64,000 nt of DNA from Amoebophrya sp. A120 (taxonomy: Eukaryota; Protista; Dinoflagellata). A model generated the notes under the pieces. That model was not told the origin of the DNA. It did no database searches and was given only the letters and a program-made list of their open reading frames with translations. Location of the stretch: positions 3,375,077 through 3,439,076 of the forward strand of contig CAJINV010000011.1 of the NCBI GenBank assembly GCA_905178155.1. The letters run 5' to 3'. Made by a program: the position numbers and the translations under genes. Within the stretch, counting starts at the first letter, position 1; each line of letters begins with the position of its first letter. Positions 37,501 to 50,900 of this stretch are shown here, piece by piece.

Positions 37501-40500
37501 CTCCGTCCCACGGTAAATCAGCATGACAAATTCCATTTGTCATACTGAGCTAATTTGTAATGCGAAGATTCTACTACTGTAGATAGTACTTTTGCAATTC
37601 ATAAAGATGATGGCCGAGCAACTGCACGGTGCGACGGACACCACGAGCCTGATTGCGCAGATCCACGCCCTGAACAAGGCGCTGGGCGAATCCCACGACG
37701 CATTAGCGGAACTCGGCGGGCAACGGGACGCAATGGAGCAGTTGACGGGGGACAAGTTGCAATTGGAACAGCGGGTCTTCTTCCTGCAGCAGTGGATCAA
37801 CGGAAAGCGGTTAGACGAGATCGGCGCGCTCCACGACGACCAGTGCGAAACCTACGGGAAACAGCTCGAAGCCGTCGGAATGCACAAGTTGCGCGCGAAA
37901 TTGCAGGAAAGCAGGATGGCGGGAGGGTAGAGAATTTTTGAGTTGTGCTGGCCTGGTTGTGTTGTAGTTGAAAAACTACTTCATCATTTTCCGTTTTGCC
38001 GGCATTGTACTGTCGTTAATCAGAAATCTACTTTCACAACCACATTTGATCTGATATTACTTAAAAAAACAGGCTGAATCTCGAACTCCACGACGCCGCC
38101 TTGGCAGTGGAGCAGCTTCTCTTCCGCGCGGGCAAGGGTGGTGCCCACGGCATTCGCGACGGCATTCTGCATGCAGAGGGGTTGGTGAAAATCGTAGGCG
38201 GCTCCATGTCTCCGCAAGCTTCTGCCGTCCAGTCTCCCGTCGCCGGCCCCGTTCCCGCATTTCCCGGCGGTAAGCCCGGCGCGCCCGCGGCAAAAGGCGC
38301 CCCGCCGGTCGTGAAAGGCGCTCCACCACCGGGCAAGGGTGCTCCAGCTGGCTTGCTCGCTGGCATTCAAGCGAAAGGCGGTAAGGGCGCAGCACCACCA
38401 CCCGGCAAAGGCGCCGCGCCACCCGGCAAAGGCGCAGCAGCCCCACCGGGGAAGGGCGGCGCAGCACCGCCCGGGAAAGGAAAGGCGGCACCAGCGAAGG
38501 GAGCAGCAGCAGCAAAAGGAGGAGCAAAGGACGGAGCGGCCACGGCTTCCAAGGGAGGTAAGAATAAAACCGCGATTGACCCGACGCTGAAGAAACCCGG
38601 TATAATACCACCGAAACCCATGAAACCTCTGTGGTGGAGCCGGTTAAATTTCGGCCGGAACATTAAGGATGGGGAGACCGTGTGGGAAGGCATCGAGGAT
38701 TTCTGCCCGACACTCCTCCAGGAAGACAGCACCGCTATGCTGGACTTTGTAGAGAGGTTTTCCAAAACCATGACCGCCGCGGACAAATCCATGAAGGGCG
38801 ACGACGAGAAAAGTATCAAGAAGAAAGAACTGAAAGAGCTGGTCGTTGTCACCGACGCAGCACTCGCCGTCGGAAAGCAAAGGATTTGCAAAGACCTGCC
38901 GTCCCCCGAGATTCTGTGCGCGGCGATTATGGAGTTCGACGAAACCATCATCGACAAGGAGATGCTCGCCGGGATAAAGAAGGACTTAATTCCGGACGCC
39001 GGCGAAGTGGCGGCCATGGAGAAGCTGCGCGCCGAGCACCCGGACGTCCCGTTTGCGCTGCCGGAAAAGTACATGTGGGCCATCGGACATATTCCAGTCT
39101 ACGCCCAGAGATTAAACTTGTGGAACTTCACAAGAAACTACGAAGACAGGCTACAGGTATAGTGTATGAATATGCAGTTCTTGTCGATGTGGTGTCCTCG
39201 TGTGCCGCCTGTTTCTACGTTGATTTTTCTGTACGCAGAAATGATTTTCGAAAATGTATGCGCTTGTGCCATCTTGATCATCTTCACGAAGGCATAAATG
39301 CCTCAATTCACGTTTATTTTCACAATCGCATCATCTATCAGGATTACGAAATCGCCTACGAGAAGTTTGTTCAGGCGGTTTCTGCGTTAGAAAAGTGTCC
39401 CGCCTTCGAGCAGCTGCTTGGCGTAGCGCTCGCCGCGGGGAACTACCTCAACGGCAACACGAACCGGGGGCAGGCGGACGGGTTCGAACTGAGTGGGCTC
39501 TCGCTCTTTAACACAGTGAAGGACAACGTTGTTGTCACGAAGAAGGTAATATAGTGAGCTTTTCTTAGAGCAGACGGAATCTTGTCTGGCGCTTTATTTG
39601 TGACTCGTCTTCGAAGCGATTTTGACTAAGGAAGACTCTATCAGTGTCCTCGTCGTCGCTGAGTGAATTCAGAATTTTCCGAAATTGACAAAAACAGGCC
39701 TCCGACTGGATTTTCACGCAGTTTCTACAGACAAACCCCTTGTTTGCGAAAGCTCGGGTGGATTTGATGGAGGAACTGGCCCCCGTTTTCACCAACGTGA
39801 AGCGGCGCATCGCCAAGGACAAGGACGGCGGCGCGAGCATGTCCAAACAAGCGAAATATGCGAACGAGGAATTTGACGGGCTGGTCAAGCTGTTGAAGGA
39901 CGAATTCGACAAACACCACGAGGATTTGCAGATGATTCTCGGTTTTTTCGAGGACCCGACGGATCCATATCCTGAGTAAAAATGACGTCCCCACCCCCTA
40001 GTGAAGATGGGAAATCTGCTAGACAAATCAAAAAGCTTAGGTTGAAGCGCATGACAAGTTTGGCCTTGTAGTGTAGTCCTGTTTAGCTCGTTCATCAGGA
40101 ACATCACAGAGCTAGCGCATTATGCTCATGGGAGCATTGCAAATTCCAAAACACGGCTAGCAATCGCTTCTCATGGGGCCTTTCCGCATGACAAACATTT
40201 TGAGCATGCGTTTTTACATGACAGCCATGGGGTGGGGGTGTTTTTACATAGGATAACCCAATACGCACGGTTCTGGTCCCGGAGTTTGAATCCGTGGACG
40301 CGCGCATGAAGGAGTTGATGAAGAAGAAGCAGGCGGCCTCGGACAAGATGGCGCTGATGCAGACGAAATTTAATTTAGGGAAGATGACTTCTTCCGAATT
40401 TTTCCTTCTAATCGACGACTTCTTGATACCGGGGGATTTGATCTTGAACAAATCCGAAGTGGTGCAAAAGAAGTTCATGACCCCAATCTTCTGTGGCGTC

Positions 40501-40713
40501 TCGGCCCCGACACTGGACGGCATGCTGTTTTTATGGGGCCTGGAGGAGCCACGAGAAAAACAAGAAGGAACAACGAACGACCGCGGGAAGCGGCGGGCGC
40601 GCGCGCAAAACAGGCGCGGGAAAAAGGACGGGAAGCCGGGGGGAGAGGATTCCGATAGCGAGGACGAGGTCCCAAGACCCGTGAGTAAAGCAATGAAGTC
40701 TTCGCCTGTGTAG
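31563..40713 (+). CDS. Formin paralog A: N-terminal helical region, ankyrin repeats, PGKGAAPP FH1-like region and FH2 domain; 5 introners and 5 GT-AG introns (32167-34665, 36583-36740, 37927-38072, ~39157-39341, ~39546-39698)
   Basis: Ankyrin motifs GYTCLHFAA, GFSALHLAA, GKSPLHDAC; FH2 motifs MKPLWWSRL and LAAGNYLNGNTNRGQADGFEL. Confidence 0.85.
33061..33200. repeat. 30-bp-period array: 5 palindromic units CAATTTCGATTTGAAATTG separated by variable ~11-bp spacers
   Basis: Units start at 33061, 33091, 33121, 33151 and 33181 (last degenerate); spacers all differ. Confidence 0.9.
33826..34405 (+). mobile_element. 733-bp repeat family, copy 3 (3'-truncated), inside formin A intron 1
   Basis: Same GTATGTAGTGAGGTCACCGAACGG start; similarity ends near gtgccaaaatttg. 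Confidence 0.85.
35112..35320. mobile_element. Introner, family F (TIR TATCG.A.GAAAAAA.TGTTTCACTGT); DR TCGAG
   Basis: TIR plus perfect DR; frame restored. Confidence 0.9.
35462..35740. mobile_element. Introner, family C; DR GAAGA
   Basis: Similar to 80-407; perfect DR. Confidence 0.85.
35796..36049. mobile_element. Introner, family A; DR ACTCG
   Basis: TIR plus perfect DR. Confidence 0.9.
37448..37603. mobile_element. Introner, family E; DR AAGAT
   Basis: Similar to 4843-4990; perfect DR. Confidence 0.85.
39968..40255. mobile_element. Introner, family G (TATCCTGAGTAAAAA); DR ATCCA/ACCCA
   Basis: Joins FEDPTDP-IRTVL. Confidence 0.85.
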
Positions 40714-41967
40714 GTAAGGAACAAGTTCAGCAGGAGAGGGACCTCCGCGGCGCCTTCTAAGCGACAAGAACTTCCCGATTCGACCAGACTTCACCAAGCG
40801 ACTTTTTTGAACAATTCTACCCCTTTTTTTCAAGAAAAAACTACACGACTTTACAACTACACTTCTTTCTGAGGATAGTACTAAGAACTTAACTCAACAC
40901 AACACGACCAGACTGGTTGGTGGACCATTTTTCGGCGACAAAACTACACTCGACGAACACGACCATGTTCCGAGCTGCAAAGGATGAAAACGAACTACGT
41001 TTTTTGAAAAAAGCACAGTAGAATTTTGCGTGGTTTCCTGTTTCGCGACAAATCTATCACTAGGGTCGTTTTCATCCGCTCTATCTGCGGACAACGCGAT
41101 CATGTTGAGATGGTTTAGAGGGCGCCGTCGGCGTCGGCAGAGGTTTTTGAAAAACCGAGTAGACCCTGAAGCGTGGTTTTACTACCCTTCCAATGGATCA
41201 TCGTAACGATGATATCGTTTCGAACGACATGTAAAATACCACAATACCATGAACGCGCACGACGGAGGTGTCTTGTTGCAATCGGTCGGAGTCCTCTTAC
41301 GGCCCAATGGCCTACCGGCGTTCGCGCCATTGGCGACACTGCAACGACCCCGCAGCTTCTGTGCGGTAAGATTGTTCGATTTTTCCCTCAGAACAGTAGA
41401 AATACTCTGCTTTGTTCGTCAACCTCAACGTGTGAGCACGATATTGCAGTTTTTGGCAGCACGCACATACGTTCTTGCAGCGGCAACAAGAGCCTCCCAC
41501 AGCAGAGATTTTGGAAAGGTCGTCGTGCGCGTCGTGTGCTGGTGATCACTAGAAGGAAAAGGTCGTTGGCGATAGTGCAGCAAAGTCGTGGTGAACAAGA
41601 AGATCCATGTAATCGAGCTGGAGGTTCATCCGTGTGCTACAGTTCAAACATTTGCGGTACAACGGAGGATCCTTCATTTTTCCAAATGGTTCTGTGTGGT
41701 CGTTCGATCTTCGCTGGTTTTTTTTGTTCGTGTGTAACAAGATTCGGTATCACCGTGGCACTGTCATAATTAAAGCTAGTTTGTTATACCACTTAGTCTT
41801 ACCTGTACCTGTACCACGTCGTGCTTCTACGTAAACCTGAAGTAAGCATAAAGTAGAAACAAGTGTCGCTGCCCTCGACGGTCCTATCCGCAGCCGTGCC
41901 ATTAAGTGTCTTTTCTACTTTGAAAATGCCACAGAAAGAGGTGGAATTTAAACTCAAAATCTGAACA

Positions 41968-44900
41968 ATGCCGTCAGCGGACTGTGGGCCGCGGAAGGTG
42001 GAGGTGGTGGAGGGTGAGAAAACAGATGTCGAGCCGAATGGGCCCGTCGCACCCCCGAATGCAGAGTATTGTTCTTTTTGCAGTTTTTTTTTGATAATGG
42101 AGCTGATGTTGAAATGAAATTGCTGTACAGCTACAGACTCTAACATTGTTGAAATTATAAAAAAATTTCAAAAATATCATGCGATCATATCCTCAGCGCG
42201 CCCGCCGCCGACTTGAAGACTCCGCAGCGCCGCTCTTCCCAACCCACCACCCCGCCCAAAGTCAGCAACAAGACCGAGCCCGGAAGGCTGGATGCGAACC
42301 GCATTCAGTCGATCGGCGCGGGTATCGCCGGCATCAAGGACAACGTGAATGTCCTTGCGGGGAAAAAAACCAACCACCAAGTGTTGGAAGAAAGGAAGCA
42401 GCAGGCTGCACGGCATGAGCATCACAATAAGCACACAGGGAGAGGAGGTCCTCATCATGGACGAAATTTGGGAGGATCATCATCGTCGTCCCACAACAAC
42501 CCGGGTGGACGAGGTACTACAACTCGAAACAATAAAAACAACAACTCGCAGCCAGTGTCGGAGGAAGTCGTGCTCACTGTTCGGGTCGACGCGAACGTGT
42601 GCCACACCGGGGACGAAAGGAAGATTCCCTTCACGTTTTTCAGAAATTTGCCGAGATTTTTCTCCCCCGACAAGGACTTGCTGTTGCAATTAGATCAGTT
42701 TTGCCGGGAGAATGGCATCGCCAACGACCACCACGCGGAGAACCTCATCCTGCTCAAGACTCGGAAAGACGAGAGCAAGTGGCTTCTACGCGCGGAGGAT
42801 TTGCATTCCATCGAGGAGGAGGAAGAAGTGCGTTTGGTTTCCGGGACAGGGTTTGTTGCGACCTGTTTGGACCAAATCGAGAACGCGCTGCTCTTGCAGC
42901 CGTCTAGCGTGGATCACCAAGACCTTTTGTTTGGAAATAACTCCTCTACTAGCAACGGTGATTTCGGCCATCATCAAGGCGGATCGTTTGGAACCAACGC
43001 TGCAACGGGAGGTGGTGGAGGTCTTCAAGATCCACACAACTCTGCGAGTAAAGCAAGCGACCTGGACGTCGAGGGGTGGCTGGACTGTGTGTGTCGCAAC
43101 TCTGCCGTTCCCGGCCCTTTGGGCGAGTGGTTCGCGGAAACGGTGATCTTGCAAAAGGGGTTGTCCGTGCTGATCAACGGGTTGTTGGAATTGCACAAAA
43201 ACGACGACTTGCGGAAAATCGAAGCGTTGTCGGGCCCGATTTTGGCTTCCCTCGCAGTGTTACTTCCCTTCGACCAGGCAATTTCCTACGTAGTATCAAA
43301 TGTAAAAGTGTCTGGGTCTGGAAGAGTGCAACTTGTCATGCTAATTCTGGATGGTGCAAAAATCTGTGTTGCATGATTGCCAAAAGCTGTCCACTTTTGA
43401 CCAAGTTGAGAGGGCTCATGCAGACGATGCATGATAGAGGTCGGGGAGAATCTGTCATGCTGGGTCATGTATGACAGACCTCACGCGTCATGGAAAACCT
43501 GCATGACAAGTCTTCCAACCTTCCAGACCCAGACATATTTCCATTTGATACGTGGCGGACGAGTACATTCTCGACGCGGATTATCGCAAGAAAAAACTGT
43601 TTCACTGTGAACTTGTGATGCAGAAAATGGATCGCAGAAGTGTGTGTCATGCCACACATGCAAGACAATCGATTTATAGCTGTGTTTTCCCTTAGGAACC
43701 CCGCATGACAGATTTTCAGTGTTACGCGTAACAAACTTGTGATGCAGATTTTGCAAAATCACCTTCTCCTTCACCACAGTGAAATAGTTTTTTCGTGCGA
43801 TACGGATTTCTTTGAGTCCCTGCTCGCGACCATGTTTGGGCGCGTTCGGAAATCGATGTTCCGGTGGGAGTCCTTCTGTGCGAAGATGAAAAAAGCCGAG
43901 CAGAACTGCAACGACGTAGACATGGCAATGGCGTCGTCGCCCTTCGAATGCAACTTCAACATGTATAACCCGCTCAGGCGTTACAATCTCAAATCGGTTA
44001 CCATAGAATATCGAAATCTGTGATGCAAGGTTCTTGCATGATCCAGCCAACTCTCATAGGATTGCGCATGACAAGTTCTGGAGTCCCAATCCGCACTACA
44101 ATCTGGCGAAATTTGTATTGCAGAAAGTGGAATGCTGTCCGAGTCTGTCATGTTCATCATGCAACACAAATCCCAGATTCTATGGTAACCGATTTGAGAT
44201 TGTAACACCTGAGCGGGTTATAACATGAGCACGCGCCGGTCCGCGCTGACGATTATCGGGTTGCTGCTGAACATATGGATTGTAAATATGTCTGGATGTC
44301 TGGAAGAAAGCAACTTGTCATGCTAAGTCTGAATCATGTAAAAATCTGTGTTGCATGATTACCAAAAGCGGTCCACTTTTGACCTAATCGAGAAGCAGTT
44401 TCTCATGCAGGATAGGCATGATAGAACTCTCACAGAGTCTGTCATGCTATGTCCTACATACCAGACCTCATGGGTCATGGAAAACCTGCATGACAAGTCT
44501 GGCATTCTTCCAGACCCAGATATTTTTACATTTGATAGAACACCAGTTTAGGCCGCGTAGCCGCGGAGAAATGCCACCAAGCGGCGCTCCGACCATTGCC
44601 AACCGACGTGCTTTTGAAATGCATTGTGGTGCCGACAGCGACAGCAGGAACGAATGCAACGGCAGTGGGAACAAGCCCGGTCGTGCCAGACGAAACAGAA
44701 CGACCAGCAGACCGCTCCAGCAGAGATGTTGCAGCTCCAGATTCCGGGGGAAAAACCACCCCTACTGCGAACAACAACTCCAATCCCGGCGTTGTTTCTC
44801 AGTTGAATTACTACCACTTGATGGTAGACGCGTCGCACAACCTGTTGGACCCCGCACACACGCTCTCTACCGTTTTGTTCTCGTTTCTCGTCTCGCAGCA

Positions 44901-47900
44901 GTCCAGTCAAAACCTGGTCCAGATCAACCCGACCAGCATTGCTGCGATCGCGCAGAACGTGGTCCGGGAGGTGAGTTCCATTCCCGGGTCGGAGCTGTTA
45001 CTCAGGCAACAGGAACTGGACCCCGTGCGGAAGTCGGAGTTTCTGAACCAGGTTTTGCTCCTTAATTTAGTCGACGCCAGCGTGGAGCAGGAACTGATCG
45101 AATACCGGCAGAAGTGCACCGCGGAGCGCAACGAGATTGATTTACTGAAGCAGCAATTGAAGAGAATCGAGACGAGGAGACGGAAGCTGGAGAACGACTT
45201 GCGGCACTATCACCTGGTGATGGTGAAGATGGTGGAGCTGATTTCCTTAGAGCATGCACACGTCTACGAATCGCTGAAAGCGATCGTCAAATTCGGGTGG
45301 GACAGCATGAAGTGGCGCCGAGGGTACACGGTGTTGCACTTCGTCGCCGAGTGCTTGGACGACGCGCGGATTGTGGAGCTGTTTGCCTTGTTGGCCACGG
45401 ACATGAACGGCCGGGACGCGAGCGGCAAGCGGGCTCTAGATTACGCTCGGAAGGAGCGGATGACGGAGAATGTGCGGGTGTTGGAGAAAGTAAGGAAACA
45501 GAAGTTCGTGGAAGAGCGCACACAGAAATTTCTGTTGCAAAACAACAACCTACTGCAGAACACGGTGGCGGAGGAATTACCGGATAATCTAACACCCATC
45601 CTCCACGACGGGATCGAGACGATTTTGAAACTCGGGTGGGAGCAGGTGCGGTGGCCAAATGAGTTTACGATCTTGCACTTGGCTTGCCAGAGCGGCAGTC
45701 TCCCCGCGGTGCGGTTCCTGCTGGAAAAAGTGCCGGGCGTCGCGGCGTACTACGCGAAAGTCGATAACCACAACCAGCGACCGATCGATTACGCGATGGT
45801 TGAGGGGCACCAGGAGGTCGTGGAGTATTTGGGATCTTTTGAGCCGGAAAAGGTCGCACAGAGCCAAGGACAGGGCGGGGGCGCGAACACAAAGGAGAAT
45901 TTCGAGATCCGCGCCCGCACTGGCGTCGGCGCGACCGCGATAACGACCGCACAATTTATTCCCCAGCAGAACCAAAAGACGGGTGCGACAACGATGAACC
46001 TGCTCCTGCAAAGTCCACGCGGCGGAGCGGGGGGCGCAGGAGCAAACGACGGAAGTGGGACAAGGGCAGCTGGAGCAGCTGGCGCTCCGGCCGCCGCTGC
46101 GCAAGGCGGGCGAATGAAGAACATCTTTCGGTCACAAACTATTGGCGCGCTAGAGGGGAACAAGCAGGAAGGAGTGCAGAGTAGAATCCCGGCGTTGCAG
46201 CTGCCGCGCTCCGGTCCGGTCGCGCTCACGAAGGACCAGAGTGATCTTCATCTGCACAGTGAGGACAATAATAAGACAACTGCGCTGCGTGAATTAGAAT
46301 ACGAAAGTGCAGCAAGTTTGCGGCAGCTCTCCATGGAGCTGGACGCGACGAGGAACGAACAGGAAAGGCTGTTTCGTGAGAACGAGAAGCTGGCGCAGCG
46401 GCTGCGGCAATCCGCGCAAGGGCAACTGGGGGCCAAGGTGGAGTTTCTGCAACGGGTTTTGGAGGGAAAAGAGCAAGTGGGGCCGCTGTCCTTGACGAAA
46501 ATAGAAGAGTTTGCCGAGCTTTTAGAGAAAGACGGAAGGTCGCATGTGAAAAAGCAGCTTTTGCAGCAGGAACAGGAGCTGCGGCGATTGGCTTTGCAGA
46601 AAGATGTGAAGCGATGCAGCACCATTCCGGAAGACACGGCAGCCGCAGACGTCGATATGGGGATACAAAAAGATGCGACGGAAGAACACGCAGCAGAACA
46701 AACTGTCGCTAGCGCAAAGCTTTCCATGTCGCCGAAACAGCGCAAGTTCATTCAGGATGCGACGAAGGATGAGTTTGCGGACTTGTGCCTGGAGCAGGTT
46801 GCGTATTTCCTCCGTTGCAAGAGCATGCACCGAGACCGCGGAGGGCGGGCAGAACAGGACGATCGGCCGTCCGCCATTTTGCGCGAGCAGCTGCGCGCGG
46901 ACTTCGTTGCGGCACGAGAAGATTTGCGGACGCGCGGCCGGCCGGTGCTGCGCGGGCGCATGGTGCGGGAAGTTGCGTGCAAGGTTGAGGTCGAGAGCAC
47001 GACGCTGTCGCATTCGCTACCCGTAGTGCCGCCGGAAGTAGCCGACCGGCTGAGCCAGCAGAACGCAGGCAGCTGCGCGCTCGTCCAGCCCGAAAGCAAG
47101 GACGACATCAACAGCAGTATTGCCGCCGCGGGAGCGAAAGGGGGTGGAGGAAAGCCGGCCAAAGGCGGGAAACCGGTCAAAGGACCGCCCGTCCCCGGCT
47201 CGAAGGGCGCCGCTGTTCCTGCGCCGGTTTCAGGCAAGCCCGGCGCGCCGCCGGTGCCCGGCGGGAAGGGTGCAGCAGCACCGCCGGTACCCGGTGGGAA
47301 AGGCGCAGCAGCACCGCCGGTACCCGGTGGGAAAGGAGGTGCGCCTCCCGTACCCGGTGGGAAAGGCGCGGCGCCACCAGTACCCGGAGCAGGAAAAGGT
47401 CCGGCTCCCCCCGGCGGCAAGGGAGCAGCCGCTCCGCCCGCGAAAGGCGCACCCGTCCCGGGAGGCAAAGGCGCAGCCGCTCCGCCCGCGAAGGGCGCCC
47501 CCGTACCCGGCGGCAAAGGAGCAGCCGCTCCACCGGCAAAAGGAGCCGCTCCACCGGCGAAAGGAGCCGCTCCACCGGCGAAAGGCGCAGCTCCCCCCGG
47601 CAAGGGCGCCGCACCACCGGGAAAGGGGGCCGCCGCACCTACGAAAGGTGGCGCAGTTCCGGCGAAAGGCGGCGCGGCTCCGGCGAAAGGCGGCGCGGCC
47701 GCGGCGGGCGGGAAAGGCAAAGGAAAGAAGCGGGGCGGCGGCTTCGACGCAACCAGCAGCCAGGAGTACATCACGCCCAAGGAACCGATGCGGGCGCTCT
47801 GGTGGACCAAGAAGCGGAAAAACCAGCTCCCGGACGACGGCGCGCACGTGTGGACCGACGTGCCGGATCTGTACAAGGAGTATTTTCAGAAAGAGGCGGA

Positions 47901-50900
47901 GGTGGAGTCGGAGTTCGTGAAGCGGTTCGGCAAGAAGAAAGCCGCCGTGAAGGAGGCGCCAAAAAAGGAGGACGCGGACAAGAAAAAGGAGGACAAACCG
48001 AAGTTGTATGGATTGCAAAAACGTCTGGGTCTGGAAGATTGCAACTTGTCATGCTAAATCCGAATCATGCAAAAATCTGTGTTGCATGAGTGCCAAAAGC
48101 TGTCCACCTTCGACCAAGTTGGGAGGGAGCTTCTCATGCAGGATAGGCATGATAGAGACCTCGCAGTTTCTGTCATGCTAGGTCCCTCTTCCAATGTGTA
48201 TCGGTTGAGGACTGCCCCCTTCATCCTAAGCGCCATCAGCCATGGTATCTGGAAAACCTGCATGACAAGTTTGCACTCCTCCAGACCCAGACATATTTGC
48301 AATGCATAAGTTGAAGCTGCTGACGATCATCGACGACCCCATGAAGCAGGGCGGTCTGAACGCGGCCTGCAAGACCCTGCCAGAACCCACGGTATTGCAG
48401 CGGGCGATACTGGACCTGGACGACGTAGAAATCGACGTGAACACCTTGGAATGGGTCCGGCGGGACCTGTGCCCGGATCCGGGCCAGTTGGCGCAGCTGA
48501 ACACGCTGCGGAACGAAAACAAGGGCGTCCCCTTCGCCGTGCCAGAAACCTACATGCTCGCGATCGCGCACGTATACTTGTTTTTGTAGCGCCGGGAATT
48601 ACTTCTGTACTTTGGGAAAATATAAATAACTAAACGCATTATCATGATGTTGAGCCTGGAAAAAGACTCGCTTGCCAATGCTGTGGCTTTGGATTTCAAG
48701 AATCAGTATCGAAAATCTATAGCGAGATGAAAACTACATTAGGTTCCCGGGTACATGCAGCGTCTGGACTGCTGGCTTTTTTCGCGCACCTACGAGGAAA
48801 GGCTGAAGAAGTGCATGACCGCGTACTTGGCATTTCAAGCCGTGATGCGGAGTTTGCGCACAAGTAAGGAATTTCGGAAGCTTCTCGGCCTGATTCTGTG
48901 CGCCGGGAATTACCTGAACGGGGGGACCGACCGCGGGCAGGCGGAGGGCGTGGATCTGGACGTGTTGACCAAACTTGACGCCGTGAAGGACGTGGAGGGG
49001 AAGATGCTGAGTTTTTGTATGCATTGCAAATATGTCTGGGTCTGGAAGACAGTAACTTGTGATGCTGAGTCTACACCCTGTAAAAATCTGTGCTGCATGA
49101 CTGCCAACAGTTGTCCACTTTTGACCAGGTTGACAGGGAGTTTCTCATGCGGGATAGGCATGATAAAGTTAGAGATCTCACAGCTTCTGTCATGCTCAGT
49201 GCTGCATTCCAGACCTCATGGGTCATGGAAAACCTGCATGGCAAGTCTTCCATTCGTCCAGACCCAAACATATTTGCACTTGATACTTTGGGTCGTCCAA
49301 CAATTTTTCACGGCGCCGTTTTTCACGCGGCAGCAGGGTCCGAACGGGGAGGACCCAAGAGAGCTGCTGTTTGAGGAGCTCCGCCCACTCTTCTCCGCGG
49401 TGCGGCGACGGATCGAGAAGTCGAGCGATGGCGTCGAGTCCCTGGCCAAGCAGGTGTCCGTCTCGATCGAGGACTACGACCAAATCGCGGACCAAATCAA
49501 ACAGGAGTGCGACCAGCGGTACGAGATGCTCCGCGCCTGCCTGTGCCAGTTCGAGGACCCCGCGGACAGTTTCCGGACGGTGCTTGCGCCGCTGTTCGCG
49601 ACCGCTTCGGAGTCGTATGAGAGTGCACAACGACAACCCCTCCTCGCCCTTATTTGGATGGCATGACAAGCAATACAAACACCAGCACAGCACATGGATG
49701 CTGTGCATCACATGTTCATGCGCCGATTGTAGCGGTGTTTCCAGAACTTTTCATGCCAACAGTGCTACAAGGCCACAACAACTGGATTGGGATTTTTGCA
49801 TGACAAACGAGGGGCAGGGGAGTTTTCCACCCTCATAAGCCCGTGGACGAGTTGATCGCGAAGAAAAAACAGGTAAAGCAGGAGTACGAAGATTTGTTGA
49901 AGTATTTCACGATGGGACAAGTGAAGGCGGCGACGTTGATCAAGATGATCGACGACATGCTTGTTCCCGGGGACCAGATCACGAACAAACCCGAAAAATT
50001 GAAAAAAGCCTACTTTGTCCCGCAGTTCTGCGGGAACCGCACCCCGACGGCAGACAGCATCATGGCCCTTTGGGACCTGAAGGAGCCCGAGTTGCGGTCG
50101 GAAGATATGCATTGCAAATATGTCCTCTGGGTCTGGAAACTTGTCATGCTGTTTGACGAATCCCGCGGACGCCTTCATTGACAGCCAAGCATGACAAGTT
50201 TTGGAATTGCTATAGTGTTGCTTATCTGCTTGACAAAGTGCGTTTCTGCATGACAGAGAAGTGTGGCTTTTGGGTGGCGTGCAGGACAGACTTGAGAGCC
50301 ATGCTAGCCGTGCATGGCAAGCCTTGCATTCTCCCAGACCCAGACATATTTGCATTTGATAGAAGAGTCGCTGGGACAAAAGAAGCCGCGAGCGACCGGT
50401 GCGCGAAAGACGGAGAATCGGCGGGGAATCCGGGGAAAAACTTCCACCGCGACGGGTGGTGCAGACGGGGCGAAGACGAGCGTGCGAGGTGCTGGGATTG
50501 GGAAGAATTCCGCGCTGAATGTTGGAAGTGAGAGTATTTCTAAAGACAGCACAGAACAACAAACCACTAGCACTGAGAAAAAAGGTGAGCAGGACAAGGA
50601 AGGTCCAAATCGTACCGGTGATGAAGTGGAGAAAACTGCTCATGGTGACAAGGCACCACCAGAGAAACAAGCAGGAGAGCTGCAAGGGTCAGCCGCAGGT
50701 ACACCAAATAAAGCATCGAATGCCGTGGTGGAACAAGTGAAGAAAAGCCCCGCAACTGCAACACAATCATCAGAAGACAAAGCCGCTGCAGCAGCGGACA
50801 CCAGCAAAGCTAGCAGCACAAATTCGCCAAAGCGAAGTCAGCGCCTCTCCGTCGCAGCAGCAGAGAAACAAGAGAACCACGACTCAACTTTGACGCCCAG

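Noticed and set aside
41173-41769. 198-aa ORF between the formins (similar isolated ORFs at 11400-12100 and 57800-58700)
   Set aside because: No recognisable domain and intergenic/UTR-like composition; cannot be supported as coding.
46752-48018. Long minus-strand ORFs (also 3170-4457, 38367-39083, 49765-50685, 53637-54668)
   Set aside because: Antisense shadows of GC-rich or repetitive + strand exons that carry the recognisable domains.
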